A stretch of DNA of 44,027 nt from Schwartzia sp. (in: firmicutes). Lineage in GTDB: Bacteria > Bacillota > Negativicutes > Selenomonadales > Selenomonadaceae. The DNA lies in assembly GCA_017458745.1 (NCBI GenBank), contig JAFTAB010000135.1, forward strand, positions 1 through 44,027, written 5' to 3'. The notes under the pieces are model-generated. The model did no database searches. It saw only the letters and a program-made list of their open reading frames with translations, and was not told the origin of the DNA. A program made the translations under genes and the position numbers. Shown in pieces: positions 16,665 through 27,294 of the stretch. Positions within the stretch are counted from its first letter, which is position 1. Each line of letters opens with the position of its first letter.

Positions 16665-18656
16665 ATGATGAGCGATATTGATAATCTTAGTGTCAATGCT
16701 ATACGCGTGCTGTCGGCCGACGCGATACAAAAAGCAAATTCAGGGCATCCCGGGTTGCCGCTCGGGGCTGCGGCGATGGCGTATGAGCTTTGGGCGCATC
16801 ATTTGAAGCACAATGCCAAAAATCCCCAATGGCCCGACCGCGATCGATTTGTTCTGTCAGGCGGGCATGGCTCGATGTTGCTCTATTCGCTTCTTCATCT
16901 TTTTGGCTATGGTCTAACGATTGATGATTTGAAAAAATTTCGTCAGGACGGATCTCTGACGCCGGGGCACCCGGAGTATGGTCATACTGCGGGCGTTGAG
17001 GCGACGACCGGGCCTCTCGGCGCGGGAATGGGAATGGCAGTCGGCATGGCGATGGCGGAGGCGCATCTCGCTGCCATTTTCAACAAGCCCGATTATAAAA
17101 TAGTTGACCATTATACTTTTGCCCTTGGCGGCGATGGCTGCATGATGGAGGGAATATCGTCCGAGGCTTTCTCCCTCGCGGGGACGCTGGGACTCAATAA
17201 GCTCATAGTGCTTTATGACAGCAACAGAATCAGCATAGAGGGCAGCACCTCTTTGGCGTTCACGGAGAATGTCGAGGAGAGAATGAGAGCATTTGGTTTC
17301 CAGACGCTCACCGTGGAGGACGGAAATGATCTCGAGGCGATTGGCAATGCAATCGAGGAGGCCAAGAGTGACAAGCGGCATCCGTCATTCATCACGATAA
17401 AGACGAAAATCGGCTACGGGTGTCCCGCGAAGCAGGGCAAGGCAAGCGCGCACGGCGAGCCGCTGGGCGAGGAAAATGTGGCGGCGCTGCGCGAGACGCT
17501 GGGCTGGCCAGTAAAGAATGCTTTCAAGATACCCGACGAAGTATATGAAAATTATAATAGCCTTGCCAAAAAGGGTGAGGAATCAGAAAACAAGTGGCAA
17601 AAATTATTTGATGAATATTCGTCGAAATTCCCCGATATGAAAGATTTGTGGGACAAATATCATTCGCCCGTCGATAATGAAGCTTTGCTCAATGACAAGG
17701 AGTTTTGGGCGTATGAGGACAAGCCGCAGGCAACGCGCAGCGTTTCAGGCGCGATGATAAATCGCCTTGCGAAATTGATGCCACAGTTGTTTGGCGGCAG
17801 CGCGGATCTTGCTCCGTCAAACAAGACAGAGATGAAAGGTATGGGTGACTTCGGCCAAAAAGATTATGCCGGTCGCAACATTCATTTCGGCGTGAGGGAA
17901 CTCTCGATGGCGGCGATGGCAAATGGCATTGCCCTTCATGGAGGGCTGCGCCCTTACGCGGCTACTTTCTTCGTGTTCAGCGACTACATGAAGCCGATGA
18001 TAAGGCTTGCCGCGCTGATGGGACTCCCCGTGACGTATGTGCTGACACATGACAGCATCGGAGTGGGAGAGGATGGGCCGACGCATGAGCCAGTGGAGCA
18101 GCTCGCGATGCTCAGGGCAATGCCGAATGTGAATGTGTATCGCCCTGCCGATGCGACGGAGACGGCGGCGGGATGGTACATCGCCGCGACGAGCGAGAGG
18201 ACACCTACCGCTCTCGTGCTCTCGCGCCAAAATCTGCCACAGCTTGAGGGCACGAGCAAGGAGGCACTGCGCGGCGGGTATATCGTATCGCCGAGCCAAG
18301 GGAGAACTCCCCGCGCCATTATCATAGCGACGGGCTCGGAGGTCTCGCTCGCCGTTGACGCGCAGGCAAAGTTGCGGGACGAGGGCATCGACACGCGGGT
18401 TGTCTCGATGCCGTCAATGGAAATATTTGAAGCGCAGGACGCGGCGTATCGTGAAAGCGTTCTGCCAAGTGATGTTCGTGCGAGGGTGGCGGTCGAGGCG
18501 CTTTCGGGATTCGGCTGGGAAAAATATGTTGGGCTCGACGGCGGGATAGTCGCTATGACCTCATTCGGATCGTCAGCTCCGGGAGGAACGCTTTTCAAAA
18601 AATTTGGCTTTACAGTTGAAAACGTCGTACAAGCCGTAAAAAATGTGTTGAAATAG
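16665..18656 (+). CDS. tkt: transketolase
   Basis: The RBS is AAGGAGAG. The 663-aa product has SGHPGLPLGAA, the GDGCMMEG ThDP motif and HDSIGVGEDGPTHEP. Confidence 0.97.
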   Translation: MMSDIDNLSVNAIRVLSADAIQKANSGHPGLPLGAAAMAYELWAHHLKHNAKNPQWPDRDRFVLSGGHGSMLLYSLLHLFGYGLTIDDLKKFRQDGSLTPGHPEYGHTAGVEATTGPLGAGMGMAVGMAMAEAHLAAIFNKPDYKIVDHYTFALGGDGCMMEGISSEAFSLAGTLGLNKLIVLYDSNRISIEGSTSLAFTENVEERMRAFGFQTLTVEDGNDLEAIGNAIEEAKSDKRHPSFITIKTKIGYGCPAKQGKASAHGEPLGEENVAALRETLGWPVKNAFKIPDEVYENYNSLAKKGEESENKWQKLFDEYSSKFPDMKDLWDKYHSPVDNEALLNDKEFWAYEDKPQATRSVSGAMINRLAKLMPQLFGGSADLAPSNKTEMKGMGDFGQKDYAGRNIHFGVRELSMAAMANGIALHGGLRPYAATFFVFSDYMKPMIRLAALMGLPVTYVLTHDSIGVGEDGPTHEPVEQLAMLRAMPNVNVYRPADATETAAGWYIAATSERTPTALVLSRQNLPQLEGTSKEALRGGYIVSPSQGRTPRAIIIATGSEVSLAVDAQAKLRDEGIDTRVVSMPSMEIFEAQDAAYRESVLPSDVRARVAVEALSGFGWEKYVGLDGGIVAMTSFGSSAPGGTLFKKFGFTVENVVQAVKNVLK

Positions 18657-18672
18657 TCTATGCGTTAATAAA

Positions 18673-18694
18673 AAAATTAGACTGTATGAAAAAT
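18673..18694. repeat. repeat family 2 core, inverted copy R4
   Basis: The reverse complement of 18673-18694 is ATTTTTCATACAGTCTAATTTT. AGTCTA also occurs at 18655-18660, overlapping the tkt stop codon, which forms an inverted pair. Confidence 0.5.
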
Positions 18695-18713
18695 ATTTCG
18701 CTATATTCTGTAG

Positions 18714-18760
18714 GCGCGTTTTATATGTCAATGGCACATAAAACGCGCTTTATTTTTTAT
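18714..18760 (+). terminator. intrinsic terminator after tkt
   Basis: GCGCGTTTTAT (18714-18724) pairs with ATAAAACGCGC (18738-18748) around a 13-nt loop, followed by TTTATTTTTTATTTTTTT. Confidence 0.9.
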
Positions 18761-18928
18761 TTTTTTCGTATCATACTATTTGATATTCTCGATATTCACT
18801 ATTCGCTGCAAGAAATAAAATGAGAAATAATTGAAATCATTCATAACATATATATAGGAAATAAGACCAATTTTTTACGAAATGAAACGCAAGGGGGCGT
18901 GTACTAGAAAAAAAGCATAAAATAAGTG

Positions 18929-18957
18929 TTGACAACGATTTTTGTGAGTGCTAATAT
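18929..18957 (+). promoter_or_regulatory. strong sigma-A-type promoter of the str/ribosomal super-operon
   Basis: TTGACA (18929-18934), 17-nt spacer, TAATAT (18952-18957). About 160 nt of AT-rich DNA with phased GAAAT(AA) tracts lies upstream. Confidence 0.7.
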
Positions 18958-19035
18958 ATATGAGTGTCGCTCAAGGGGACAGAATGCCTTGAATGCCGCG
19001 TCACATATAGGTTTTGAGCTCTTGGGAGTGTTTTG

Positions 19036-19281
19036 ATGCAAACCAATTTATCAAATGAGCGTCATGTGACAGGAATGAAACAGGTCACAAAGGCGATTGC
19101 CAGAGGCGAGGCAATGCGGGTGTTCATAGCCTCGGACGCTGATGAGTTTGTTGTAAACAAGATGAAGCAGATTTCCAATGAGCACGGTATTCCGATTGAC
19201 GATACAATGTCAATGGCGGAACTGGGGAGAGCCTGCAAAATTGATGTCGCGGCAGCCACAGCAGCGGTATTAAAGGATTAG
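19036..19281 (+). CDS. ybxF: L7Ae/YbxF-family ribosome-associated K-turn-binding protein
   Basis: ATG 19036 lies 7 nt after GGGAG. The 81-aa product ...GMKQVTKAIARGEAMRVFIASDAD...MAELGRACKIDVAAATAAVL resembles B. subtilis YbxF and occupies the same position just upstream of rpsL. Confidence 0.85.
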   Translation: MQTNLSNERHVTGMKQVTKAIARGEAMRVFIASDADEFVVNKMKQISNEHGIPIDDTMSMAELGRACKIDVAAATAAVLKD

Positions 19282-19300
19282 ATTATTTTGTTAAAAATCT

Positions 19301-19328
19301 TTGCTTCCATAATTACATGTATTATGTA
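19301..19328 (+). promoter_or_regulatory. possible internal promoter ahead of rpsL
   Basis: TTGCTT (19301-19306), 16-nt spacer, TATGTA (19323-19328). Confidence 0.3.
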
Positions 19329-19387
19329 TCGCAAGGGTTTTAATAAATAATAAATCTTCAATGTGAAGGAAGGAGGTGCGTTAGTAC

Positions 19388-19765
19388 ATGCCTACAATTA
19401 ATCAGTTGGTTCGCAAAGGCAGACAGTCGCTCACGGATAAATCCAATGCGCCTGCGCTGAAGAACAGCCCGCAGAAACGCGGCGTATGCACTCGTGTTTA
19501 CACGACGACGCCGAAGAAGCCTAATTCAGCGCTTCGCAAGGTAGCCCGTGTGCGCCTGACGAATAGCATCGAGGTTACGGCTTATATCCCTGGCATTGGC
19601 CACAATCTTCAGGAGCACAGTGTTGTTCTGATTCGCGGCGGCCGCGTGAAGGACCTGCCGGGCGTCCGCTATCATATTATTCGCGGTTCGCTTGATACGG
19701 CCGGAGTCGAGGGGCGCGGTCATGCGCGTTCCAAGTATGGCGCAAAGCGCGCAAAGAAGAAATAA
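19388..19765 (+). CDS. rpsL: 30S ribosomal protein uS12
   Basis: RBS GGAAGGAGGTG. Product begins [13 protein letters not shown] and contains ...[16 protein letters not shown]. Confidence 0.98.
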   Translation: MPTINQLVRKGRQSLTDKSNAPALKNSPQKRGVCTRVYTTTPKKPNSALRKVARVRLTNSIEVTAYIPGIGHNLQEHSVVLIRGGRVKDLPGVRYHIIRGSLDTAGVEGRGHARSKYGAKRAKKK

Positions 19766-19773
19766 GGGATTAG

Positions 19774-20259
<486 letters not shown>

Positions 20260-20275
20260 TTTGGTGGGACATTCC

Positions 20276-20300
20276 CCATGCCAGCCGATATGCGGCATGG
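20276..20300 (+). other. RNA hairpin between rpsG and fusA (no U-tract)
   Basis: CCATGCC (20276-20282) pairs with GGCATGG (20294-20300) around an 11-nt loop. Confidence 0.4.
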
Positions 20301-20355
20301 AGAACATGTCTTAGCATTTTAGGCGGTATCCCGAATGATTAAGGAGAGATAAACA

Positions 20356-22434
20356 GTGGGCAGAGAGTTTCCCCTGGAAAAAACTCGTAATATTGGTATT
20401 ATGGCGCACATCGACGCTGGCAAGACGACGACGACCGAGCGCATACTGTTCTACACCGGTGTCAATCACAAAATCGGCGAGGTTCATGATGGAGCCGCTA
20501 CGATGGACTGGATGGCCCAGGAGCAGGAGCGCGGCATAACGATTACGTCCGCCGCGACGACGTGCCATTGGAAAGGCTATCGAATCAATATCATAGATAC
20601 GCCGGGCCACGTTGATTTCACTGTTGAGGTTGAGCGCTCGCTCCGTGTGCTTGATGGGGCAATAGCTGTTCTCACGGCGCGTGGCGGAGTTGAGCCGCAG
20701 ACCGAGACGGTCTGGCGGCAGGCGGAGAAGTACAGCGTCCCTCGCATGGCGTACGTCAACAAGATGGATGCCACCGGAGCTGATTTCTTTAATGTCGTTA
20801 AGATGATGCGTGAGAGGCTTCACGCTAATCCTGTCGCGATACAGCTTCCGATTGGATCCGAGGATTCCTTCAAGGGCATTGTCGATCTCATAAAAATGGA
20901 TGCCATAATTTATGAGGATGACCTTGGCAAGGTGAGCGACGAGGTTGATATTCCTGATGACCTCAAGGATATAGCGCAGGAATATCACGAGAAGATGATT
21001 GAGGCAGTTGCTGAGACTGACGATGACCTCATGGAGAAGTACCTTGGCGGCGAGGAACTCACGGTCGAGGAAATAAAGACTGCTATCAGAAAAGCGACGA
21101 TTGATTGCAAAATGTGCCCGGTTACTTGCGGGTCGTCATATCGCAATAAGGGCGTTCAGCCGATGATAGACGCTGTGGTTGATTATATGCCCGCGCCGAC
21201 GGATATTCCCCCGATCAAGGGAGTTAATCCCGACAGCGGGGAGGAGGATAATCGCCCGTCGAGTGATTCTGAGCCGTTCTCCGCTCTCGCGTTCAAGATC
21301 ATGGCTGACCCGTATGTCGGCAAGCTCGCGTTTTTCCGCGTTTATTCCGGCACGCTCGATGCCGGATCTTATGTTTATAATTCAACGAAGAACAAGAAAG
21401 AGCGTCTTGGCCGCATCCTTCAGATGCATGCCAATCATCGCGCCGAGATTCAGAAAGTCTACAGCGGCGACATTGCGGCAGCTGTCGGATTGAAAGACAC
21501 GACTACCGGTGACACGCTCTGCGATGAGAATCATCCGATTATCCTTGAGTCCATGGTCTTCCCGGATCCGGTCATTTCGGTCGCGGTCGAACCGAAGACG
21601 AAGGACGATCAAGAGAAGATGGCGATTGCCTTGCAACGTCTTGCCGAGGAGGATCCGACATTCCGCGTTCATACTGACGCGGAGACAGGGCAGACCATCA
21701 TCAGCGGAATGGGCGAGCTTCATCTTGAGATTATCGTTGACAGGATGCTGCGCGAGTTCAAAGTCGGATGCACGGTTGGCAATCCTCAGGTCGCTTACCG
21801 TGAGACAATCAGGAAAACGGTCGAGGCCGAGGGCAAATTCATTCGCCAGACAGGCGGCCATGGCCAGTATGGTCATTGCTGGCTTCGCGTTGAGCCTCAG
21901 AACCCCGGCGATGGGTTTGCGTTTGAGAATAAGGTCGTCGGCGGCGTTGTTCCGAAAGAATACATCAACCCGATTGAGGCCGGAGTCAAGGAAGCCATGG
22001 AGACCGGCGTTGTCGCCGGCTATCCGATGGTCGATATTAAGGCGACTGTCTATGATGGCTCTTATCACGAGGTCGATTCCTCGGAGATGGCATTCAAGAT
22101 TGCCGGATCTATGGCGTTCAAGGCTGCCGCTGAGAAAGCGAACCCGGTTCTCCTTGAGCCTTATGTCAAAGTAGAGGTCACAGTGCCCGAAAATTACATG
22201 GGCGACGTCATAGGAGATTTGAATTCGCGTCGCGGTCGTATCGAGGGCATGGAACCGCGCAATGGTCTTCAGGTTATCAGCGCGATGGTTCCGCTTGGCG
22301 AGATGTTCGGATATGCGACAGACCTCCGCTCAAAGACGCAAGGCCGCGGCAATTATTCCATGGAAGTCGCGTTCTACGATGAGGTTCCAAAGAACATATC
22401 AGATGCTATTGTTTCTAAAAACAAGGGCGAGTAA
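20356..22434 (+). CDS. fusA: elongation factor G
   Basis: GTG start lies after AAGGAGAG. The product has [20 protein letters not shown] and DTPGHVDFT and is 692 aa. Confidence 0.98.
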   Translation: MGREFPLEKTRNIGIMAHIDAGKTTTTERILFYTGVNHKIGEVHDGAATMDWMAQEQERGITITSAATTCHWKGYRINIIDTPGHVDFTVEVERSLRVLDGAIAVLTARGGVEPQTETVWRQAEKYSVPRMAYVNKMDATGADFFNVVKMMRERLHANPVAIQLPIGSEDSFKGIVDLIKMDAIIYEDDLGKVSDEVDIPDDLKDIAQEYHEKMIEAVAETDDDLMEKYLGGEELTVEEIKTAIRKATIDCKMCPVTCGSSYRNKGVQPMIDAVVDYMPAPTDIPPIKGVNPDSGEEDNRPSSDSEPFSALAFKIMADPYVGKLAFFRVYSGTLDAGSYVYNSTKNKKERLGRILQMHANHRAEIQKVYSGDIAAAVGLKDTTTGDTLCDENHPIILESMVFPDPVISVAVEPKTKDDQEKMAIALQRLAEEDPTFRVHTDAETGQTIISGMGELHLEIIVDRMLREFKVGCTVGNPQVAYRETIRKTVEAEGKFIRQTGGHGQYGHCWLRVEPQNPGDGFAFENKVVGGVVPKEYINPIEAGVKEAMETGVVAGYPMVDIKATVYDGSYHEVDSSEMAFKIAGSMAFKAAAEKANPVLLEPYVKVEVTVPENYMGDVIGDLNSRRGRIEGMEPRNGLQVISAMVPLGEMFGYATDLRSKTQGRGNYSMEVAFYDEVPKNISDAIVSKNKGE

Positions 22435-22445
22435 ATAAAAGTTCA

Positions 22446-22462
22446 AAGTACAAATTGTACTT
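22446..22462 (+). other. small hairpin between fusA and tuf
   Basis: AAGTACA-aat-TGTACTT followed by ATTTAT. It is a weak attenuator or processing candidate. Confidence 0.35.
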
Positions 22463-22485
22463 ATTTATAAGGAGGAAAAACTTAA

Positions 22486-23673
22486 ATGGCTAAACAGAAA
22501 TTCGACAGATCAAAACCACATGTCAACATCGGAACGATTGGTCACGTTGACCATGGCAAGACGACGCTGACGGCTGCAATCACGAAGGTGCTCGCTGAAA
22601 AGGGCGGCGCGGACTTCATGGATTACAACATGATTGATAAAGCTCCGGAGGAGCGCGAGCGCGGCATCACGATTAACACTGCGCATGTCGAGTATCAGAC
22701 TGAGAAGCGTCACTATGCGCACGTTGACTGCCCGGGCCATGCTGATTATGTCAAGAACATGATTACGGGCGGGGCTCAGATGGACGGTGCGATCCTCGTC
22801 GTGAGCGCTGCCGATGGCCCGATGCCTCAGACTCGTGAGCATATCCTGCTTGCTCGTCAGGTCGGCGTTCCCGCCATTGTCGTTTTCCTGAACAAGGTTG
22901 ATCAGGTTGACGATCCTGAGCTCCTTGAGCTGGTCGAGATGGAGGTTCGCGACCTTCTCACTCAGTATGAGTTCCCCGGCGATGATATTCCTGTCGTTTC
23001 GGGTTCCGCACTCAAGGCTCTTGAGGGCGACAAGGAGCAGCAGGAGAACATCATGAAGCTGATGGATGCTGTTGATGAGTATATCCCGACTCCTGTCCGT
23101 GACACCGAGAAGCCCTTCCTGATGCCGGTGGAGGATGTCATGACCATTACCGGGCGCGGCACTGTTGCCACCGGCCGTGTCGAGCGTGGCCAGCTCAAGA
23201 TGAACGACACTGTTGAAATCGTCGGAATCAAGGAGACGAAATCAACTGTTGTTACCGGCATCGAGATGTTCCGCAAGACCCTTGATGAGGCTGTCGCAGG
23301 CGATAACATCGGTGCTCTTCTTCGCGGCATTGACCGTACCGAGATTGAGCGCGGTCAGGTTCTCGCGAAGCCGGGCTCGATTCATCCGCATACTAAATTC
23401 AAGGCTCAGGTCTATGTTCTGACGAAGGAAGAGGGCGGACGCCATACTCCTTTCTTCTCCAACTATCGCCCGCAGTTCTATTTCCGTACCACGGACGTCA
23501 CCGGAGTCATCACTCTGCCGGAGGGCACTGAAATGGTCATGCCTGGCGATAACATTGAGATGGCTGTTGAGCTTATCACGCCGATTGCTATTGAAAAGGG
23601 TCTCCGCTTCGCTATTCGCGAGGGCGGCCATACTGTCGGCGCAGGGCGTGTCACCGATATCGAAGAAGATTAA
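22486..23673 (+). CDS. tuf: elongation factor Tu
   Basis: RBS AAGGAGGA. Product begins [33 protein letters not shown] and is 395 aa. Confidence 0.99.
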   Translation: MAKQKFDRSKPHVNIGTIGHVDHGKTTLTAAITKVLAEKGGADFMDYNMIDKAPEERERGITINTAHVEYQTEKRHYAHVDCPGHADYVKNMITGGAQMDGAILVVSAADGPMPQTREHILLARQVGVPAIVVFLNKVDQVDDPELLELVEMEVRDLLTQYEFPGDDIPVVSGSALKALEGDKEQQENIMKLMDAVDEYIPTPVRDTEKPFLMPVEDVMTITGRGTVATGRVERGQLKMNDTVEIVGIKETKSTVVTGIEMFRKTLDEAVAGDNIGALLRGIDRTEIERGQVLAKPGSIHPHTKFKAQVYVLTKEEGGRHTPFFSNYRPQFYFRTTDVTGVITLPEGTEMVMPGDNIEMAVELITPIAIEKGLRFAIREGGHTVGAGRVTDIEED

Positions 23674-23693
23674 TAAAATATAATGTGTTGTCA

Positions 23694-23725
23694 ATATAAG
23701 GGCGGCGGATTCGTCGCCCTTATAT
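23694..23725. other. perfect 11-bp hairpin downstream of tuf without a U-tract
   Basis: ATATAAGGGCG (23694-23704) pairs with CGCCCTTATAT (23715-23725) around a 10-nt loop. It is followed by ATGGCAAT, not a T-run. Confidence 0.6.
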
Positions 23726-23843
23726 ATGGCAATATTGACTTTCTAGCATTTTGCGATGACGCGGCAGATTGCTCGCTTTGCGCGAGGGAACTGGCGCGGA
23801 GAATTGTCGAGGCCGTGAGCCTTGGCGTAAGGAGGAAAAGATT

Positions 23844-24155
23844 TTGTCAAAGAGTCAAAAAATAAGGATTCGTTTGAAGGCGTATGATCATACTGCGCTG
23901 GACCAGAGCGCGGTAAAAATCGTTGAGACTGCAAAGCGCACCGGCGCCATGGTCTCGGGCCCCATTCCGCTTCCTACCGAGCGAAATATCTACACGATAC
24001 TTCGTTCACCGCATGTCAACAAGGATTCCCGTGAGCAATTTGAGATGCGCACTCATAAGAGATTGATTGATATTCTTGAGCCGTCGAACAAGACTGTCGA
24101 TGCGCTGATGCATCTCGATCTTCCTGCGGGAGTCGATATTGAGATGAAGCTCTGA
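23844..24155 (+). CDS. rpsJ: 30S ribosomal protein uS10
   Basis: TTG 23844 lies 8 nt after AAGGAGG (23829-23835). The product (M)[15 protein letters not shown]... is 103 aa, the canonical length. The ORF-track start at 23769 is an upstream extension. Confidence 0.92.
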   Translation: MSKSQKIRIRLKAYDHTALDQSAVKIVETAKRTGAMVSGPIPLPTERNIYTILRSPHVNKDSREQFEMRTHKRLIDILEPSNKTVDALMHLDLPAGVDIEMKL

Positions 24156-24170
24156 TAGGAGGTGGAAAAT

Positions 24171-24815
24171 TTGTCGAAAGCATTACTTGGAAGAAAGCTT
24201 GGCATGACGCAGATTTTCACCGAAGAGGGGAAGCTCATTCCTGTCACTGTCGTCGAGTCCGGCAATAACGTTGTCATAGGCAACAAGACCGAGGACGTTG
24301 ACGGTTATAACGCCGTTCAGCTTGGATTTGGCGTTATAAAGGAAAAGCATGTCAACAAGCCAATGAAAGGATTTTTCAAAAAGGCCGGCGTTGAGCCTGT
24401 GAAGCTGATACGTGAAATGAGATTGGCGGCTCCGTCTGAGCACAAGGTCGGGGATGTGCTGGGCGTTGATATTTTCGCTGCCGGCGACCTCGTTGATGTG
24501 ACCGGTACTTCAAAGGGCAAAGGCTTTGCAGGAACTATCAAGCGTCATGGCTTTGCTCGCGGCCCTATGGGGCATGGCTCCAAATCTCATCGTGAGCCCG
24601 GCTCGATCGGCGCGATGATTTCAGGCCCCGGCGGAAAAGTGCTGAAGGGCAAGAAGCTCCCGGGACATATGGGACACGAGCGCGTCACGGTGCAGCGCCT
24701 TTCGGTTGTCAGGGTTGATACTGGCAGAAACATAATCCTTATCAAGGGCGCAATCCCGGGCCCAAAGAAGGGCTTTGTAACTATAAAAAATACGGTTAAA
24801 CCGAATTTGAAATAA
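24171..24815 (+). CDS. rplC: 50S ribosomal protein uL3
   Basis: TTG 24171 lies 5 nt after AGGAGGTGG. Product begins (M)SKALLGRKLGMTQIF. The ORF-track GTG 24162 sits inside the RBS. Confidence 0.92.
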   Translation: MSKALLGRKLGMTQIFTEEGKLIPVTVVESGNNVVIGNKTEDVDGYNAVQLGFGVIKEKHVNKPMKGFFKKAGVEPVKLIREMRLAAPSEHKVGDVLGVDIFAAGDLVDVTGTSKGKGFAGTIKRHGFARGPMGHGSKSHREPGSIGAMISGPGGKVLKGKKLPGHMGHERVTVQRLSVVRVDTGRNIILIKGAIPGPKKGFVTIKNTVKPNLK

Positions 24816-24836
24816 TTGGAAGGAGGAAGCTCTATT

Positions 24837-25460
24837 ATGCCTAAAGTTGCAGTTTATGATATCGCGCATAATCAGGTCGGCGATATCGAATTAAATGAGA
24901 ATGTTTTTGGCGTTGAAGTGAATGGCCCCCTCCTTCATCAGGCTGTTGTCATGCAGCTCGCCTGCGAGCGGCTTGGCACTCATTCCACTAAGACACGCGC
25001 CGAGGTGCGTGGCGGCGGAAGAAAGCCATGGAAGCAGAAGGGCACAGGACATGCAAGAAGCGGATCGCGTCGCTCGCCGTTGTGGCCGGGAGGCGGAATC
25101 GCCTTCGGTCCCAAGCCTCGTTCCCACGCGTTCAGCATGCCGAAAAAGCAGCGCCGTCTTGCCATAAAATGTGCTTTGTCAGATAAGGTTCAGAGCGGTG
25201 ATTTCCTTGTCTTGGACGCTATAAATTTTGATGCCCCGAAGACAAAGCAGGTTGTCAAGATGCTCTCGGATTTCGGGATTGACAGCAAGACGCTTATTGT
25301 GACGGCTGACAAGGCAGAGAATGTTGAGCGTTCATCGAATAATATTCCTGGCGTGAAGGCAATCAATTCGACCGGCCTCAATGTTTATGATATATTGAAC
25401 CACGATAAAATGCTCATCACAAAGGATGCAATTTCTCGCATTGAGGAGGTGCTTTTATAA
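24837..25460 (+). CDS. rplD: 50S ribosomal protein uL4
   Basis: ATG 24837 follows GGAAGGAGGAAG. The product has MPKVAVYD and [26 protein letters not shown]. Confidence 0.95.
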   Translation: MPKVAVYDIAHNQVGDIELNENVFGVEVNGPLLHQAVVMQLACERLGTHSTKTRAEVRGGGRKPWKQKGTGHARSGSRRSPLWPGGGIAFGPKPRSHAFSMPKKQRRLAIKCALSDKVQSGDFLVLDAINFDAPKTKQVVKMLSDFGIDSKTLIVTADKAENVERSSNNIPGVKAINSTGLNVYDILNHDKMLITKDAISRIEEVLL

Positions 25461-25741
25461 TGGAAGCACGTGATATCCTGATTCGTCCATGGATCACAGA
25501 GAAATCCACTGCATTGATGGAGGAAGGCAAGTACACTTTCAAAGTCGCAAAGCGTGCTAATAAAGTTGAGATAGCGAAGGCCGTTGCCGAGATTTTCAAT
25601 GTCAAAGTTGTCTCTGTCAATACGATGAATATGCCAGGCAAGTTGAAGAGAGTCGGCAGGAATGTCGGCAGACGCCCGTCCTACAAGAAAGCTATCGTTA
25701 AGCTGGCACCGGGTGAATCAATCCAGTTCTTCGAGAATTGA
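25460..25741 (+). CDS. rplW: 50S ribosomal protein uL23
   Basis: TAATG overlap with the rplD stop. The product has [11 protein letters not shown]...[18 protein letters not shown]. Confidence 0.96.
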   Translation: MEARDILIRPWITEKSTALMEEGKYTFKVAKRANKVEIAKAVAEIFNVKVVSVNTMNMPGKLKRVGRNVGRRPSYKKAIVKLAPGESIQFFEN

Positions 25742-25760
25742 GATAAAGGAGGAAAAATAA

Positions 25761-26585
25761 GTGGCAATAAAAAGTTTTAAGCCGTATTCGCCTAGCCGCC
25801 GTTTCATGACGGTTTCCTCCTTTGAGGAAATAACGACGGATAAGCCGTATAAGCCGCTTGTCACGCGTCTGAAGAAGCATGGCGGCCGCAATAATCAGGG
25901 TAGGCTCTCTGTGCGTCATAAGGGCGGCGGTCATAAGCGCCGTTATCGTATTATTGATTTCAAGCGTATTAAGGATGGAATCAAGGCCGAGGTCAAGACC
26001 ATAGAGTATGATCCAAATCGCAGTGCGCGTATCGCCCTTGTGGAGTATGAGGACGGCGTGAAAAGCTATATTATCGCTCCCAATGGGCTGAAGGTTGGAA
26101 TGAAAATAGAGTCGGGAGCTGATGCCGATATCAAGATCGGGAACACGCTGCCCATACTCAATATCCCTGTCGGCACGATAATTCATAATGTTGAAATGAA
26201 AATCGGGAAAGGCGCTCAGCTTGTTCGTTCGGCCGGCGCGGGCGCACAGCTGATGGCGAAGGAGGGCGCTTATGCGTTGCTCCGTATGCCGTCCGGCGAG
26301 CTGCGCAAGATTCACGTGAATTGCCGTGCCACTATTGGCGAGGTCGGCAATCTTGAGCATGAGAATATCACGATTGGCAAGGCAGGTCGTTCGCGCTGGC
26401 TCGGTATTCGTCCGTCGGTTCGCGGCGTTGCCATGAACCCGATTGACCATCCGCATGGCGGCGGCGAGGGCAGGAGCCCTGTCGGACGCAAGCATCCTGT
26501 CACGAAATGGGGCAAGATCGCTATCGGCGGCAAGACACGTCATAAGAAGCCATCTGATAAATTCATCGTCAAGCGGCGCAAGTAA
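25761..26585 (+). CDS. rplB: 50S ribosomal protein uL2
   Basis: GTG start follows AAGGAGGA. The product has [15 protein letters not shown] and ...[15 protein letters not shown] and is 274 aa. Confidence 0.97.
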   Translation: MAIKSFKPYSPSRRFMTVSSFEEITTDKPYKPLVTRLKKHGGRNNQGRLSVRHKGGGHKRRYRIIDFKRIKDGIKAEVKTIEYDPNRSARIALVEYEDGVKSYIIAPNGLKVGMKIESGADADIKIGNTLPILNIPVGTIIHNVEMKIGKGAQLVRSAGAGAQLMAKEGAYALLRMPSGELRKIHVNCRATIGEVGNLEHENITIGKAGRSRWLGIRPSVRGVAMNPIDHPHGGGEGRSPVGRKHPVTKWGKIAIGGKTRHKKPSDKFIVKRRK

Positions 26586-26644
26586 TATATGCGAAGCTTT
26601 GATTTCGGCGATATTATTTTCGTTGCCTGAAAGGAGGATAAACC

Positions 26645-26926
26645 TTGTCAAGATCTGTCAAGAAGGGACCTTTTGTTGCAGATTCGCTCATGAAAAAAAT
26701 TACGGCTCTTAATGAGAAGAACGAGAAAAAGGTTATAAAGACTTGGTCGCGCAGCTCGACGATTCTTCCGGAATTCGTTAGTCACACGATTGCCGTGCAT
26801 GACGGCAGAAAGCATGTCCCTGTCTACGTTACTGAGGACATGGTCGGCCACAAGCTCGGAGAGTTCGCGCCAACACGCACGTTCAGAGGCCATTCGGGCT
26901 CAGAAAAGAAAACGGAGCTAAAGTAA
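26645..26926 (+). CDS. rpsS: 30S ribosomal protein uS19
   Basis: TTG start lies 6 nt after AAGGAGGA. The product has (M)[10 protein letters not shown] and ...[23 protein letters not shown]. Confidence 0.96.
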   Translation: MSRSVKKGPFVADSLMKKITALNEKNEKKVIKTWSRSSTILPEFVSHTIAVHDGRKHVPVYVTEDMVGHKLGEFAPTRTFRGHSGSEKKTELK

Positions 26927-26944
26927 ACTGAAAGGAGCAGCAAA

Positions 26945-27277
26945 ATGGAAGCCAAAGCTGTTGCAAGATATGTTCGCATTGCTCCGCGGAAGGTACGCGT
27001 GGTCATGGATTTGATCCGTGGCAAAGACGTCGCAGATGCATTTGCGATTTTGAAGTTCACGCCGAAGGCGGGCGCGGACGTTATAGAGAAGGTACTGAAG
27101 TCTGCCGTGGCGAATGCAGAGAATAATTTTGACATGAATATCGATAATCTCTATGTCTCATCTGCTTTTGTAGATCAGGGCCCGACGCTGAAGCGCATTC
27201 ATCCGAGGTCTCGCGGTCAGGCATTCAGCATCCTGAAAAGAACATCACACGTAACGGTAGTCGTTGCCGAAAAATAA
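26945..27277 (+). CDS. rplV: 50S ribosomal protein uL22
   Basis: RBS AAAGGAG. Product begins [27 protein letters not shown]. Confidence 0.97.
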   Translation: MEAKAVARYVRIAPRKVRVVMDLIRGKDVADAFAILKFTPKAGADVIEKVLKSAVANAENNFDMNIDNLYVSSAFVDQGPTLKRIHPRSRGQAFSILKRTSHVTVVVAEK

Positions 27278-27294
27278 TTAAGGAGGGAAATGTA

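Noticed and set aside
18958-19035. Possible K-turn autoregulatory site for the L7Ae-like protein in its own leader.
   Set aside because: Helices can be drawn, but I could not place the required 3-nt bulge with tandem sheared G-A pairs. UUGAUGC at the start codon is only a partial box C. The evidence is too weak to report as a feature.
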